Positions 30,713 through 41,150 of a stretch of DNA of 64,000 nucleotides are shown in pieces. Both the position numbers and the translations under genes were made by a program. The DNA comes from an uncultured Verrucomicrobiae bacterium. GTDB taxonomy: Bacteria > Chlamydiota > Chlamydiia > Chlamydiales > Rhabdochlamydiaceae. Each line of letters begins with the position of its first letter. Position 1 is the stretch's first letter. The notes beneath the pieces are model-generated. The model had not been told where the DNA came from, searched no databases, and was given only the letters and a program-made list of their open reading frames with translations. The DNA lies in NCBI GenBank assembly GCA_963718565.1, contig OY970364.1, positions 2,176,001-2,240,000 on the forward strand, given 5' to 3'.

Positions 30713-33324
30713 TCTCTTGCCTTGTCAAGGGCTCGGGATAATCCTTCGGGATTTTTTCCGCCTGCTTGAGCCGATTCTGGTTTTCCACCACCGCTGCCGC
30801 CAACGGCGGGAGAGATCTCTTTGATCAATTGAACCGCCTGAATGCCTTTTTGGACAAGGTCGGAAGACACACGTGCCATGAGTTGGCAGCGCCCCTCTGT
30901 TTTGATTCCAAGCAGAACCACACCGGAGTGCAATGCTGAGATGAGATCTTCCACTAGTTCGGGAAGCATCTCTGCTTCTACCGGGACAATTTCTGCGATG
31001 AAGGAGATAGAACCGGCTTTTTGCGCTTTTAATACTAAATCTTTTGCGAGCTGTTTTAACGTCGCCTTTTTAAATTGCTTGAGCTCATGCGCGAGATGTT
31101 TGTGCTCTTCTAGAAAAGCGGTCACACGTTCGATGAGTTTAGCGGGGGATACTTTCAGTAGTTCGGCGGCTTTTTCCACATGATTTTCATTTTCGTAAGT
31201 GAACATTTCGGCTTCTTTTCCAGTGACAGCTTCGATGCGGCGTACGCCGGAGGAAATGCTCCCTTCTTTAGCAATCCTAAAGTATCCGATTGTGCCGACA
31301 TTGTGTGTATGTGTCCCACCGCAAAGTTCTTTAGAATAGTCAATGTCAATGACGCGCACTTTAGTGCCATATTTTTCACCAAAGAATTGTTTAATCTCCG
31401 GGTGGCGTTGGGCTTCTTCATAAGAGAGCTCATAAGCTTTAACGGGAGTCTCATTGCGAATCTTTTCGTTGACGAGCATCTCAACGTGGCGGATTTCCTC
31501 TTTAGAAAGCGCTTTGTGATGATTGAAATCAAAGCGGAATCGACCTGTTTCCACGAGCGACCCTGCTTGGCGGATATGTGCGCCTAAAACTTTTTGCAGC
31601 GCCCAATGCAACAGATGAGTTGCGGTGTGATTATTTGCAATCTTTTGACGCCTTTGTGCATCGACTTGAGCATTGACGGGCTCCCCGAGGATCATGGTGC
31701 CGTTTTCCATTTTTCCGATATGGGCGATGACGCCTGGATAAGGCGCGTGGCAGTCGCTGACTTTAAACTGACCTTTATGATGAGAGAGAATGCCGATATC
31801 GCTGATTTGTCCGCCTTTTTCAGCGTAGAAAGGTGTGCGATCGAGGATGACGATGCCTTCCTGACCCTCGGCGATGGAGTCCACGAATTTTCCATTCACG
31901 ACAAGCGCCATGACGGTCCCTTCAGCAGTTGTCTGTTGATATCCCAAAAATTCGCAAGACCCATGTGTTTCGATGTAATTTTTAAACAGACTTTCTTCCA
32001 CTTCTTGGATGTGGACAGCTTGTGCACTGCGCGAGCGCTCTTTGGCTTGCTCTTCGAGAAGCTGATAAATATCGAGATTGACTTGAAGTCCAGTGTCTTT
32101 GGCGATCAAGAGAATTTCTTCAATCGGAAAACCGTAAGTGTCCTTGAGTTTGAAAGCGTCAGCTCCTGTGATTTGTTTCTGAGGACTTTTTTGGGCCTGT
32201 TCAATGATATTGTTTAAGATATTCCCACCGCGTTTAAGCGTGCGAATGAAAGCTTCTTCCTCAAGAGTGAGGATTTCGGCGATACGTGCTTGAGAGCTGA
32301 TGAGCTCTCGATAGTCAGGTCCCATCGTTTCGATAAGGCGCGGTAAAATTTTTGCCAAAAAAGGATCTTGTAATCCTAACATCCTCCCGTAACGGACTGC
32401 ACGGCGAAGCAGCTTGCGCAAAATGTATCCGCGTTCTACATTGCTTGGCTGAGCGCCGTCTGCAATGGCAAAAGAAAGCGAACGGATATGATCGGCGATG
32501 ACGTGGTAGGCCGGAGCAAGATGGGGATCATGGGGATTGTATTTTTTGCCACAGATGTTTTCGATCTGTGCAATCAGGCTGCGCAAAATGTCCGTTCCGA
32601 AGAGGGTGTCGACATCGAGTTTTAGTGCAGCAACGCGCTCTAGTCCTGAACCTGTATCGATGGACTGTTTAGGTAAAATCATCATGTTTCCCGCGGCATC
32701 GCGATTGAATTGCATGAAAACAAGATTCCAGAATTCCAGGAAGCGTGTGCCTTCAGTATCGTCCTTGGGGGAAGTCGCATTGCCATATTTGTTGCCGCGA
32801 TCGAAGTAGAGTTCAGAACATGGCCCGCAAGGACCAGTATCACCCATGGCCCAGAAGTTGTCTTTTTCGTCCATGCGCACAATTTTCTTTTCAGGAACGA
32901 TCTGTTTCCAAAGTTCGAAGGCTTCATCATCTTCGCGGAAAACAGTGATCCAGATTTTCTCAGGATCGAGGCCAAAGACTTTTGTCGAAACTTCCCAAGC
33001 ATAGGCAATCGCCTCTTTCTTGAAGTAATCACCGAAAGAAAAGTTGCCGAGCATTTCAAAAAAAGTGAGATGGCGTGCTGTATGGCCGACGTTATCCAGA
33101 TCGTTGTGTTTGCCGCCAACGCGAATGCATTTTTGAGAAGTTGCAGCGCGCGAATAATCGCGTGTGCTTTTCCCTAAGAAAACATCTTTGAACTGGTTCA
33201 TGCCCGCGTTTGTGAACAGTAGGGTGGGATCATCGTGGGGAACGACGGGGGATGAAGCGATGACAGTATGCCCACAATCTTTAAAATATTTGAGAAAATT
33301 CCGACGAATCTCTTGTGAAGTCAT
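30691..33324 (-). CDS. alaS: Alanine--tRNA ligase
   Basis: [62 protein letters not shown]. Confidence 0.98.
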   Translation of the reverse strand: MTSQEIRRNFLKYFKDCGHTVIASSPVVPHDDPTLLFTNAGMNQFKDVFLGKSTRDYSRAATSQKCIRVGGKHNDLDNVGHTARHLTFFEMLGNFSFGDYFKKEAIAYAWEVSTKVFGLDPEKIWITVFREDDEAFELWKQIVPEKKIVRMDEKDNFWAMGDTGPCGPCSELYFDRGNKYGNATSPKDDTEGTRFLEFWNLVFMQFNRDAAGNMMILPKQSIDTGSGLERVAALKLDVDTLFGTDILRSLIAQIENICGKKYNPHDPHLAPAYHVIADHIRSLSFAIADGAQPSNVERGYILRKLLRRAVRYGRMLGLQDPFLAKILPRLIETMGPDYRELISSQARIAEILTLEEEAFIRTLKRGGNILNNIIEQAQKSPQKQITGADAFKLKDTYGFPIEEILLIAKDTGLQVNLDIYQLLEEQAKERSRSAQAVHIQEVEESLFKNYIETHGSCEFLGYQQTTAEGTVMALVVNGKFVDSIAEGQEGIVILDRTPFYAEKGGQISDIGILSHHKGQFKVSDCHAPYPGVIAHIGKMENGTMILGEPVNAQVDAQRRQKIANNHTATHLLHWALQKVLGAHIRQAGSLVETGRFRFDFNHHKALSKEEIRHVEMLVNEKIRNETPVKAYELSYEEAQRHPEIKQFFGEKYGTKVRVIDIDYSKELCGGTHTHNVGTIGYFRIAKEGSISSGVRRIEAVTGKEAEMFTYENENHVEKAAELLKVSPAKLIERVTAFLEEHKHLAHELKQFKKATLKQLAKDLVLKAQKAGSISFIAEIVPVEAEMLPELVEDLISALHSGVVLLGIKTEGRCQLMARVSSDLVQKGIQAVQLIKEISPAVGGSGGGKPESAQAGGKNPEGLSRALDKAREWLTART

Positions 33325-33469
33325 GTTTAATTCCTAGAAGATAACAATGAGGAAAAAAGGATAACACAAAAAGACCAGGAATGTCAAAGCAGGAACAACG
33401 GACGGCAGGGCGCAGGAAATTAAGAAGATTTTTTTAAACTTAGTAAAGGTTTTTAAAGTGTCTCTTTTC

Positions 33470-33829
33470 CACATGTCGGGGACAAAGCACTGCGTGTCCT
33501 TTATCCCCTGCTGGCCCCCTTGGGACTCATCTCGCTTTGCCAAATCGCGTGCTCGTCGGGGGGCCGTGCAAAGCACTGATCCCCCCATGCGCTGACCGCG
33601 CTCTCCTGCGCTGCGATTTTGCTTTGCGATCTGAGTCCATCGGCTGCTCATGCGCTCACTTCCCGCCCTGGCTTCGCCCTTTCGGGCGGGTCCCTTTTCG
33701 CGTCGACTCGCAGAGCAATTCTGAATGCAAAACAACCCCGGTCTTCTCTTATCAACAAAAAATATACGTTGAGATTGTTCCTGATCAAGACTCTTACACC
33801 GGTGCATCTTGTCATTGGGACAAGTACCA
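33470..33829. mobile_element. GC-rich multi-hairpin segment, probably one end of an IS
   Basis: Several hairpins, e.g. GGACTCA..TGAGTCC and CGCCC-TTTC-GGGCG; ends in ...GGGACAAGTACCA at the point where the next remnant breaks off. Confidence 0.45.
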
Positions 33830-34111
33830 CCGAAAAAAGTGTTCCTTGAATTTTGCTCCAATATTGTGATAACGTGACTGTCAGTTGACTCATTTGAGTT
33901 GTCCCTTTGGCTGATGTGTGTTGATTTTGCAAGAAGAAATCATATCAGCCATAAGGATTTTGCATTGGTAAATGAAGACAAAATCGCGGTTATTTTTCGA
34001 GCGAGTTGCGAGATTAACAAAACGGGGTGATTTTCTGAGGGAGATTGAGCTGGTTGGCTAAATAATCTCCCTCAGAAAATCGCCCCGTTTTGTTAGTTTT
34101 GCAATTCCCTC
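33830..34111 (-). mobile_element. Left end and first about 20 codons of a DDE transposase (IS5/IS1182-like)
   Basis: Starts with the GAGGGAATTGCAAAA TIR (minus strand), then a subterminal hairpin and MSQLTVTLSQYWSKIQGTLF, which resembles transposase N-termini I recall. Confidence 0.6.
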
Positions 34112-34149
34112 TAAAATAAACCCATCACTTCAGGTTAGGAGTTTTTAGC

Positions 34150-36138
34150 ATGGACGCAGAGTTAAAAAAGCAGCTGAGCAAAATCGCCAATACTATTCGA
34201 GAGCTTTCGATGGAGGCGGTCCAAAAAGCAAATTCTGGCCATCCGGGTCTACCGATGGGCTGTGCCGAGTTTGGAGCTTATCTATACGGAACCTTGCTTC
34301 GCCACAATCCTAAGAATCCTAAATGGCTTAACCGCGATCGATTTGTCCTCTCTGCCGGCCACGGCTCGATGCTCCTCTATTCTTTATTGCATTTGTCCGG
34401 CTTTGGTCTTTCCATGGATGAGATCAAACGGTTCCGCCAGATCCACTCCAAGACTCCGGGTCATCCGGAATATCATGTGACGACCGGTGTTGAGGCAACG
34501 ACGGGACCTCTGGGGCAGGGTGTGGGTAATGCTGTTGGGCAAGCATTAGGGTTGAAAATGTTAGCTGCGCGGTTTAACAGCGATGAGTTCCCTCTGTTCA
34601 ATAATAAAGTGTATTGTTTGGCAGGAGATGGATGCATGATGGAAGGTGTGTCTTCTGAAGCTTCATCTCTGGCAGGACATCTGGGGTTGGACAACTTGGT
34701 CCTCATTTATGATGCCAACAAGGTGACCTTGGATGGGTTCCTGGCTGAATCGGACTCGGAAGATACCAAGCTTCGTTATTTGGGCTATAATTGGGATGTC
34801 TTTGAACTCGATGGCTATGATTTTGATCAGATGGAAAAAATCTTTACGCATATTCGCGAACATCAGACAAAACCGACCCTTGTGATCATGCATACAATTA
34901 TTGGAAAAGGCTCTCCAAATAAGTCTGGGACGCATAAAGTTCACGGTTCGCCGCTAGGCTCTGAAGAAGTTGAGGCGACAAAAAAAGCTCTCGGACTTCC
35001 CGAAGAAGAATTTTATGTTCCTCAGTCGGTCTACACGTTCTTTGAGCAGAAACTAGCAAAAGATGTTGCTTTAGAACAAAAGTGGAAAGAGATGTTCCGC
35101 CGATTTTCTGAAACTAAGGCTGATTTGGCAAAAATGTTCATGCAAATGGTAGAAAAAAGGCTTCCCGACGATCTTGAGGCGGAGCTGCGCAAGATTGAAA
35201 TCAAAAATCCAATCGCAACGCGCAGCGCGTCTCAAGTTATTCTCAATACTCTCGGAGAACTCCTCCCTCAGCTTATCGGCGGTTCCGCCGACCTTTCTGG
35301 CTCGGATATGACGATGATGAAAAAATATCCGATGATCTCGAAAGGTAATTTCTCGGGCCGTAATATCAAATACGGGGTTCGCGAGTTCGGCATGGCAACT
35401 ACAGCCACTGGTCTTGCGGAGACAGATATGATTGTTCCCTTCATTGGAACATTTTTGACATTTTCCGATTACATGCGCAATGCCGTGCGCCTAGCTGCGC
35501 TTTCAAAAATACAAGTGATCTATCAATATACCCATGATTCGATCTTTCTGGGAGAAGATGGTCCTACCCATCAGCCGATTGAGCATTTAGCTGCTTTGCG
35601 CGCTATGCCAAACCTGCATGTCATCCGTCCTGCTGACAGTTGGGAGATGAAGATGGCATGGATTGCGGCGCTTCGCTACCACGGGCCAACGGCGCTCGTA
35701 CTTTCGCGGCAAAATCTTCCTGAACTTTCTTGCTGTAATGTTTCTTACGATCAAGGAATGGCCAAAGGCGCGTACATTATAAAAAAAGAAACAGCAAAGC
35801 CTGATTTTACACTCATGGCGACAGGTTCTGAGGTTTCTCTTGCTATCGACGTAGCCGTAGCTTTGGAAAAACTGGGAAAATCGGTGCGTGTGATTTCGAT
35901 GCCTTGTTGGGAAATTTTTGAAGAACAAAGTGATGAATATAAGCGCAACGTTGTCGGAGGAGACTTGGGGCGCCGTGTCAGCGTTGAAGCTGCTGTCAGC
36001 TTCGGTTGGTCAAAATGGATCGGTCATGAAGGGATCTCAATCTCCGTAGAGACATATGGCGAATCCGCTCCGATCAGCGATCTTGCTGAAGAGTTTGGTT
36101 TTACTGTCGATTCGATTTTAGATCGTCTTTTAACCTGA
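34150..36138 (+). CDS. tkt: Transketolase
   Basis: SGHPGLPMG, NRDRFVLSAGHGSM, GPLGQG, GDGCMMEG, GVREFGM, GEDGPTHQP. Confidence 0.98.
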   Translation: MDAELKKQLSKIANTIRELSMEAVQKANSGHPGLPMGCAEFGAYLYGTLLRHNPKNPKWLNRDRFVLSAGHGSMLLYSLLHLSGFGLSMDEIKRFRQIHSKTPGHPEYHVTTGVEATTGPLGQGVGNAVGQALGLKMLAARFNSDEFPLFNNKVYCLAGDGCMMEGVSSEASSLAGHLGLDNLVLIYDANKVTLDGFLAESDSEDTKLRYLGYNWDVFELDGYDFDQMEKIFTHIREHQTKPTLVIMHTIIGKGSPNKSGTHKVHGSPLGSEEVEATKKALGLPEEEFYVPQSVYTFFEQKLAKDVALEQKWKEMFRRFSETKADLAKMFMQMVEKRLPDDLEAELRKIEIKNPIATRSASQVILNTLGELLPQLIGGSADLSGSDMTMMKKYPMISKGNFSGRNIKYGVREFGMATTATGLAETDMIVPFIGTFLTFSDYMRNAVRLAALSKIQVIYQYTHDSIFLGEDGPTHQPIEHLAALRAMPNLHVIRPADSWEMKMAWIAALRYHGPTALVLSRQNLPELSCCNVSYDQGMAKGAYIIKKETAKPDFTLMATGSEVSLAIDVAVALEKLGKSVRVISMPCWEIFEEQSDEYKRNVVGGDLGRRVSVEAAVSFGWSKWIGHEGISISVETYGESAPISDLAEEFGFTVDSILDRLLT

Positions 36139-36298
36139 GTTTGGGGTTCATTTTATAGTAGATTGCCGTATCTTTCGGGCACTTTTTGCAAATTTTGGCG
36201 CGTCCATAGGTGCCCCCAGCTATCGAACGCGCCAAAATTTGCAAAAAGTGCCTCGAAACCTACGACAATCTACTATAAAATGAACCCCAAATTCAGGT
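36133..36298. mobile_element. MITE, ACCTGAG-ended family (166 bp, one long hairpin)
   Basis: ACCTGAGTTTGGGGTTCATTTTATAGTAGAT...ATCTACTATAAAATGAACCCCAAATTCAGGT; 5-bp TSD TTTTA. Confidence 0.88.
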
Positions 36299-36304
36299 TT
36301 TTAC

Positions 36305-37342
36305 ATGAATGATCTCCTGTTAAAAGCACTGCGCTGCGAAAAAGTGTCTCGTCCGCCTGTTTGGTTAATGCGCCAAGCAGGGCGTTACATGCCCCAGTAT
36401 CGAGCGCTGCGCAAGCAACATTCGCTTTGGGAAATGTTCCATCACCCTGAAATCGCTGCGGACGTCACCTGTCTTCCTCTTGAGCTTTTAAAGGTGGATG
36501 CGGCCATCCTTTTCTCTGATATCCTCGTGATTGCAGAAGCGTTAGGGCTTGCGGTTCGTTTCCCTGAAGGCAAGGGACCGTATGTTGAGCCGCGGATCAC
36601 AACTCAAAGCCAAGTCGATTCCTTGAACTACATTCCCGTCGAAAAGTCATTAGATTATGTGTTCAAAACAATCATGACTGTTAAAGAAAAGATGGATGTT
36701 CCTCTCATTGGGTTTAGCGGAGGTCCATTTACAGTGGCAAGCTACTTTATCGATTCGGCAAGTCAATATGCTTTTGAGCAGACAAAGCGCTGGATCAAGA
36801 CAAGCCCTAAGACACTTCACTGCCTTCTGACAAAAATTACCGAAGCGACAATTGCTTATTTAGAGGGGCAAATTCGAGCAGGAGCGGATGTGATCCAAGT
36901 CTTTGACTCCTGGGCAAATGTTCTCAATGATGAAGAGTTTGCACTGTTTTCACTTCCCTATTTGCACCAGATTGTGAAAGCTCTTCAGCCGAGCGGCGTC
37001 CCTGTCATTCTTTTTTGCCGAAATTCTAGCCTTCGTGCAGAAGCATTGGCAGCATTGCTCCCCACAGGGATTAGCTTTGATTGGCACCTGCCGATGTGCG
37101 AACTAAGGCAAAAAGTGCCGCTTCCTATTGCTGTACAAGGAAATTTCAATCCCGAGTTTTTAAAATCGCCTCCAGAAAAAATCCGTGCAGGCGTAAAAGA
37201 ATTATTAGTCTCGATGCAAGACCAACTGGGATTCATTGTCAATCTCGGCCATGGCATTACACCAGACATTCCTTTAGAAAATGTCCGTACATTTGTCGAA
37301 GCAGTTAAAGAGGAAAAGTGCGGGAAAGAATTTATCACGTGA
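36305..37342 (+). CDS. hemE: Uroporphyrinogen decarboxylase
   Basis: PVWLMRQAGRY, AILFSDIL, IGFSGGPFTVASY, QVFDSW, NLGHG. Confidence 0.96.
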   Translation: MNDLLLKALRCEKVSRPPVWLMRQAGRYMPQYRALRKQHSLWEMFHHPEIAADVTCLPLELLKVDAAILFSDILVIAEALGLAVRFPEGKGPYVEPRITTQSQVDSLNYIPVEKSLDYVFKTIMTVKEKMDVPLIGFSGGPFTVASYFIDSASQYAFEQTKRWIKTSPKTLHCLLTKITEATIAYLEGQIRAGADVIQVFDSWANVLNDEEFALFSLPYLHQIVKALQPSGVPVILFCRNSSLRAEALAALLPTGISFDWHLPMCELRQKVPLPIAVQGNFNPEFLKSPPEKIRAGVKELLVSMQDQLGFIVNLGHGITPDIPLENVRTFVEAVKEEKCGKEFIT

Positions 37343-38289
37343 TTGGCGCCGCAACAGGATGGGGCGCCCAGATTAGGACATGCGAAGATGGCCCTGTCGT
37401 TCTCAAAGAAGCAGGGTGCTTAGAATGGCTAAAAAGTCAAAAAGTCCCCATTGAGGGCTGGGATATTCTTTATCCAAAAGAACGATTTAAAGAAAAAGAT
37501 ATTCCACTTGCAGAGTCGTTGCCATTGATCGTCGATTTCAATCAACGTTTTGCGGGTAAAGTATTTGATGTGATGCAGCGCGGATATTTTCCCATCGTTG
37601 TCGGGGGAGATCATAGCATTGCTATTGGAACGTGGAATGGCGTAGGCTGTTTTTTGTCTGATCAGAGTCCAAAGCCTTTGGGCCTGATTTGGATCGATGC
37701 GCATATGGATGCTCATACGCCTCAGACGACTCCCTCCGGAGCATGGCATGGCATGCCGCTCGCTGCGCTTTTAGGGTATGGCTTAAAGGATCTCGTAGAG
37801 ATCAAACGCCGAGCGCCCATTCTCAGCCCTCAGCGTTTGTGCCTGATCGGTGTTCGTTCGTTTGAAGAGGGTGAAGCTCAATTGCTTGAAAGTCTGAATG
37901 TGCGCATTTATTTTATGCAGGAGGTTGAGAAGCGCGGTTTTGAAACTGTTGTGCGCGAAGCAATCGACTATGTTTCCCAAGGGGCTATTGGCTATGGAGT
38001 GAGTCTGGACATCGATGTCATCGATGTTTCCGAAGTTCCAGGGACGGGCAGCCCTGTTTCTGAAGGAATAAGTTCTCGAGAACTTCTCCAATGCCTTCCT
38101 TTATTTGCCAATGATCCACGGCTTAAAGCTTTAGAGCTGGTTGAATTCAATCCTCATCTCGATATTGGAGGTAAGACACGCAAGCTTTGCCAGGAGATTC
38201 TTTACCATTTGACCAGCGGCGGCAGCGAACAAAGGACCGCATCGGGATTCCCCCCGGAAAGAAAGCCAAATTTTGTCCCGCGGTCGTAG
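37318..38289 (+). CDS. rocF: Arginase
   Basis: GGDHS, WIDAHMDAHT, SGAWHGMP, SLDIDVID, ELVEFNP. Confidence 0.88.
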   Translation: MRERIYHVIGAATGWGAQIRTCEDGPVVLKEAGCLEWLKSQKVPIEGWDILYPKERFKEKDIPLAESLPLIVDFNQRFAGKVFDVMQRGYFPIVVGGDHSIAIGTWNGVGCFLSDQSPKPLGLIWIDAHMDAHTPQTTPSGAWHGMPLAALLGYGLKDLVEIKRRAPILSPQRLCLIGVRSFEEGEAQLLESLNVRIYFMQEVEKRGFETVVREAIDYVSQGAIGYGVSLDIDVIDVSEVPGTGSPVSEGISSRELLQCLPLFANDPRLKALELVEFNPHLDIGGKTRKLCQEILYHLTSGGSEQRTASGFPPERKPNFVPRS

Positions 38290-39005
38290 AGAAGATTGAA
38301 CTCGACATAATGTGCCCGCATTTCTAGCTGCTTGTCTTTTTGGATGGGGGTAAAGGACAAGCCAACACGCCGATCATAAATGGGGAGGATTGTCTCTAGG
38401 AACGTATCGCCGACTCGCTTCCATAGCGCAAAATCCTTTTCAAAATCATCCGTGTTGTAATGGTCAAAAAAAATTCCTCCGACACCGCGCTCTTTTTGGC
38501 GATGAGGGATATAAAAATACTCTTGAGCATTCTTTGAGAAGAGGGGATAGATTTCTTTTCCGAAAGGATCGAGTGCTTTTTTAGCGACATTGTGAAAATG
38601 CAATGTGTCCTCCTCATAAAAGAATCCCATGGGAGTTAAGTCGTAGCCTCCGCCAAACCAGCTTTTGTCATCCGTTGAGATGTAACGAATATTGAAGTGA
38701 ACAGTGGGTGCATGGGGATTGAACATGTGTGTGATCAGGCTGATCCCTGTGGCAAAAAAGGGGCCCATGCCATCTGCCATCGGGAATTGATCTCCGCTCA
38801 CTCCGGACCAATTGATCGCAGCTTTTTCAAAGATCGATCCGCGCAAGACAGCCATTTCTCCGCCTCCGCCTCCTTTTTGGTATTTCCACGATGTGCGTTG
38901 AAAACGTTTTAAAGGTTCATATGCTTCAAAGGCGTTTATCATTTTTTCGCGCAGCTCTTTGAGATAAAGAACAATCTCGCCTTTTATTTTATTGCTTTGA
39001 TTCAC
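38202..39005 (-). CDS. hemF: Oxygen-dependent coproporphyrinogen III oxidase (compact form)
   Basis: FEKAAINWS, HMFNPHAPTVHFNIR, WFGGGYDLTP, ERGVGGIFFD, YVEFNLLYDRGTKFG, SLPP..W. Confidence 0.95.
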   Translation of the reverse strand: MNQSNKIKGEIVLYLKELREKMINAFEAYEPLKRFQRTSWKYQKGGGGGEMAVLRGSIFEKAAINWSGVSGDQFPMADGMGPFFATGISLITHMFNPHAPTVHFNIRYISTDDKSWFGGGYDLTPMGFFYEEDTLHFHNVAKKALDPFGKEIYPLFSKNAQEYFYIPHRQKERGVGGIFFDHYNTDDFEKDFALWKRVGDTFLETILPIYDRRVGLSFTPIQKDKQLEMRAHYVEFNLLYDRGTKFGFLSGGNPDAVLCSLPPLVKW

Positions 39006-39041
39006 TACACTACCTCAGAACAATCTTGGTCATCATCCCAT

Positions 39042-40400
39042 ATGCAGAAAAAGAAGGTCATTATCCTAGGCGCAGGAATTTCCGGCCTGTCTACAGCATG
39101 GTACTTGAGCCAAACGGGGCTACCGCTTGAGATCACCCTTCTTGAAAAAAGTTCCCGTGCTGGCGGTTGGATGCATACGGATCATACGACAGGGTTTCAT
39201 TTCGAAAAAGGACCGCGTACATTTAAAGTGGATAAAGCCCCTTCCACGATGCGCTTAATTTCTGAACTTGGGCTCCAAAACGAGGTGATCTGGTCGGAAG
39301 CAAAGCCCCATCATCGTTATCTATGGCATGAAGGAGAGCTACATCGTTTTCCCTCCAATCCTATTTCTTTTGTGTTATCTCCGATTACAAGAGGGTTTAT
39401 TCGAGCCTTGCTCACGGAATGGAAAAAGCCCATCAAAGTGGGGGATGAGACAGTTTGGGAATTTGTTCTCCGCCGTTTTAATTATGATGTCGCTCGTCTT
39501 TTTTTTGACCCCTTGGTCGTCGGCATTTTTGGAGGAGATATCCGCAAAATTTCCGTTCGCGCCTGTTTTCCCAATTTGAAACATTGGGAAGAAAAATATG
39601 GCTCTGTGACCAAAGGATTTTTTGCGCAAATGAAAGAAAAGAAAGGGCAATCTCGCTATTCTCAAGAAATGGAACAGGTCCCCTTATCTGCGATGTTTTC
39701 TTTTCGTTGCGGCATTGAACAGCTCCCCCAGACTATTGTCAATCAAATCCCAGCGACGATCTGTTACAATCAGAAAGCCAAGCAGATTGTCTTCGAAAAA
39801 GACCGTGTGATTGTTAAAACGGAAAACGAACAGTTCTCAGCAGATTTTCTTTTTTGTGCTCTTCCTGTGACAGAGGCAGGCCATCTTTTTGCACATCATG
39901 CTCCCGAGCTTTCCAAAGAACTCCTGAAAATTCCCTCAGAGGGAATCGCTGTCGTTAATTTCGGCTACGATGCCCAGGTTCTTCCTGTGCAGGGATTTGG
40001 TTATTTGACGGCGACTTATGCCAATGAGGATATTTTAGGGGTTGTCTTTGATTCTTCCATCTTTTCTGAACACAATCGTAGACCTCAAGAGACGCGGCTC
40101 ACGATCAAATTACAGGAAATGGGGCGTAGCGAGGAGAAAAACATTGATATGGCGCTTAAGGGAATCCGCCGCCATTTGGGCATTTCCCAAATGCCAAAGG
40201 CGATCTCTTTCAAATCCTCTCCGCACGCGATTCCTCAATATGGAGTCGGGCATTTAGAAAAAATGGCCGAATTGAAAAATCAATTGTGCAAAATAGTTCC
40301 GCAATGCCAATTAGTCGGCAATTACCTGGAAGGGGTGAGCGTAAACGCGTGTATTTCCCGTGCAAAAAAAGCTGTAGATGAGTTTTCAAAAATTTTCTAG
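39042..40400 (+). CDS. hemY: Protoporphyrinogen oxidase, FAD-dependent HemY type
   Basis: GAGISGL, FEKGPRTF, GFGYL, AIPQYGVGH, GNYLEGVSVNACI. Confidence 0.92.
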   Translation: MQKKKVIILGAGISGLSTAWYLSQTGLPLEITLLEKSSRAGGWMHTDHTTGFHFEKGPRTFKVDKAPSTMRLISELGLQNEVIWSEAKPHHRYLWHEGELHRFPSNPISFVLSPITRGFIRALLTEWKKPIKVGDETVWEFVLRRFNYDVARLFFDPLVVGIFGGDIRKISVRACFPNLKHWEEKYGSVTKGFFAQMKEKKGQSRYSQEMEQVPLSAMFSFRCGIEQLPQTIVNQIPATICYNQKAKQIVFEKDRVIVKTENEQFSADFLFCALPVTEAGHLFAHHAPELSKELLKIPSEGIAVVNFGYDAQVLPVQGFGYLTATYANEDILGVVFDSSIFSEHNRRPQETRLTIKLQEMGRSEEKNIDMALKGIRRHLGISQMPKAISFKSSPHAIPQYGVGHLEKMAELKNQLCKIVPQCQLVGNYLEGVSVNACISRAKKAVDEFSKIF

Positions 40401-41150
40401 ACTCATTTTCATGATCTGATGAGTAATTTCGCTTTTCCCTTGCGGGCCATGCCAATGTAAGATCACCGCTTCAGGATTGGACTGATTACATCGGCTCCAG
40501 TTATAAATCGCAGGGATCTCTGTGATTGTGACATTCTGTTCATCAATGATCGCTGAGAGCAGATCTTGGTCACCGCGAAATTCATGATTACGCTCAAAGG
40601 CATGATCCGCCCAAGTTTCTATGACGTTCAGCCCATGTTTAAAGACCATCACTCCAGAGTTGTAAGAAAGGGGATGACAAGAATCTACAGCGATCGCAAG
40701 CGACCCTTCGCAACAATCAAACAGTTTGCTTATAGATCCACGGACTTGACAGTCCAAATCGATCCAGATCGATGTGCGAAAAGGGGATTGTAAGCACGCT
40801 AAGGGCTTTTTAAACCAGGCATGACGGCAAGGCCAGAAATTCTTCCCGCAAGCCCCTTCCATCTCCCCTACAAGGACAGGATCGATTTCATGTCTTTCTG
40901 CGACAAAAACGTCAGCCACCAAAAGAGGAATCAATTCTCCATGCTCCCGGCACCATGCTTTCATTTTTTCCGACATTCCGAAATCGACAAAAGCCACAGG
41001 ATAGGAATTACATGTGCTATAATGTTTCCACCACCAAGGTAGAAGCCATTCTTGAGTCAGATCTGCTCCAACCACAATCCCCTCTTTTTCACTGAGGCGA
41101 TCAGATTGCCAGCGTCGATATTGAGCATAGAGCTTGTTTTTTTGCAGCAT
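40386..41150 (-). CDS. Putative GT-A fold glycosyltransferase
   Basis: WFKKP, WIDLD (DxD), YNSGV, GDQD, YNW, ILHWHG motifs reminiscent of GT8. Confidence 0.65.
   Translation of the reverse strand: MLQKNKLYAQYRRWQSDRLSEKEGIVVGADLTQEWLLPWWWKHYSTCNSYPVAFVDFGMSEKMKAWCREHGELIPLLVADVFVAERHEIDPVLVGEMEGACGKNFWPCRHAWFKKPLACLQSPFRTSIWIDLDCQVRGSISKLFDCCEGSLAIAVDSCHPLSYNSGVMVFKHGLNVIETWADHAFERNHEFRGDQDLLSAIIDEQNVTITEIPAIYNWSRCNQSNPEAVILHWHGPQGKSEITHQIMKMSLENF

Noticed and set aside
33334..33932. ORFs 33334-33861, 33537-33869, 33619-33849 and 33648-33932 as real genes
   Set aside because: They run through GC-rich hairpin DNA and join unrelated segments; only about 20 codons look like a transposase start
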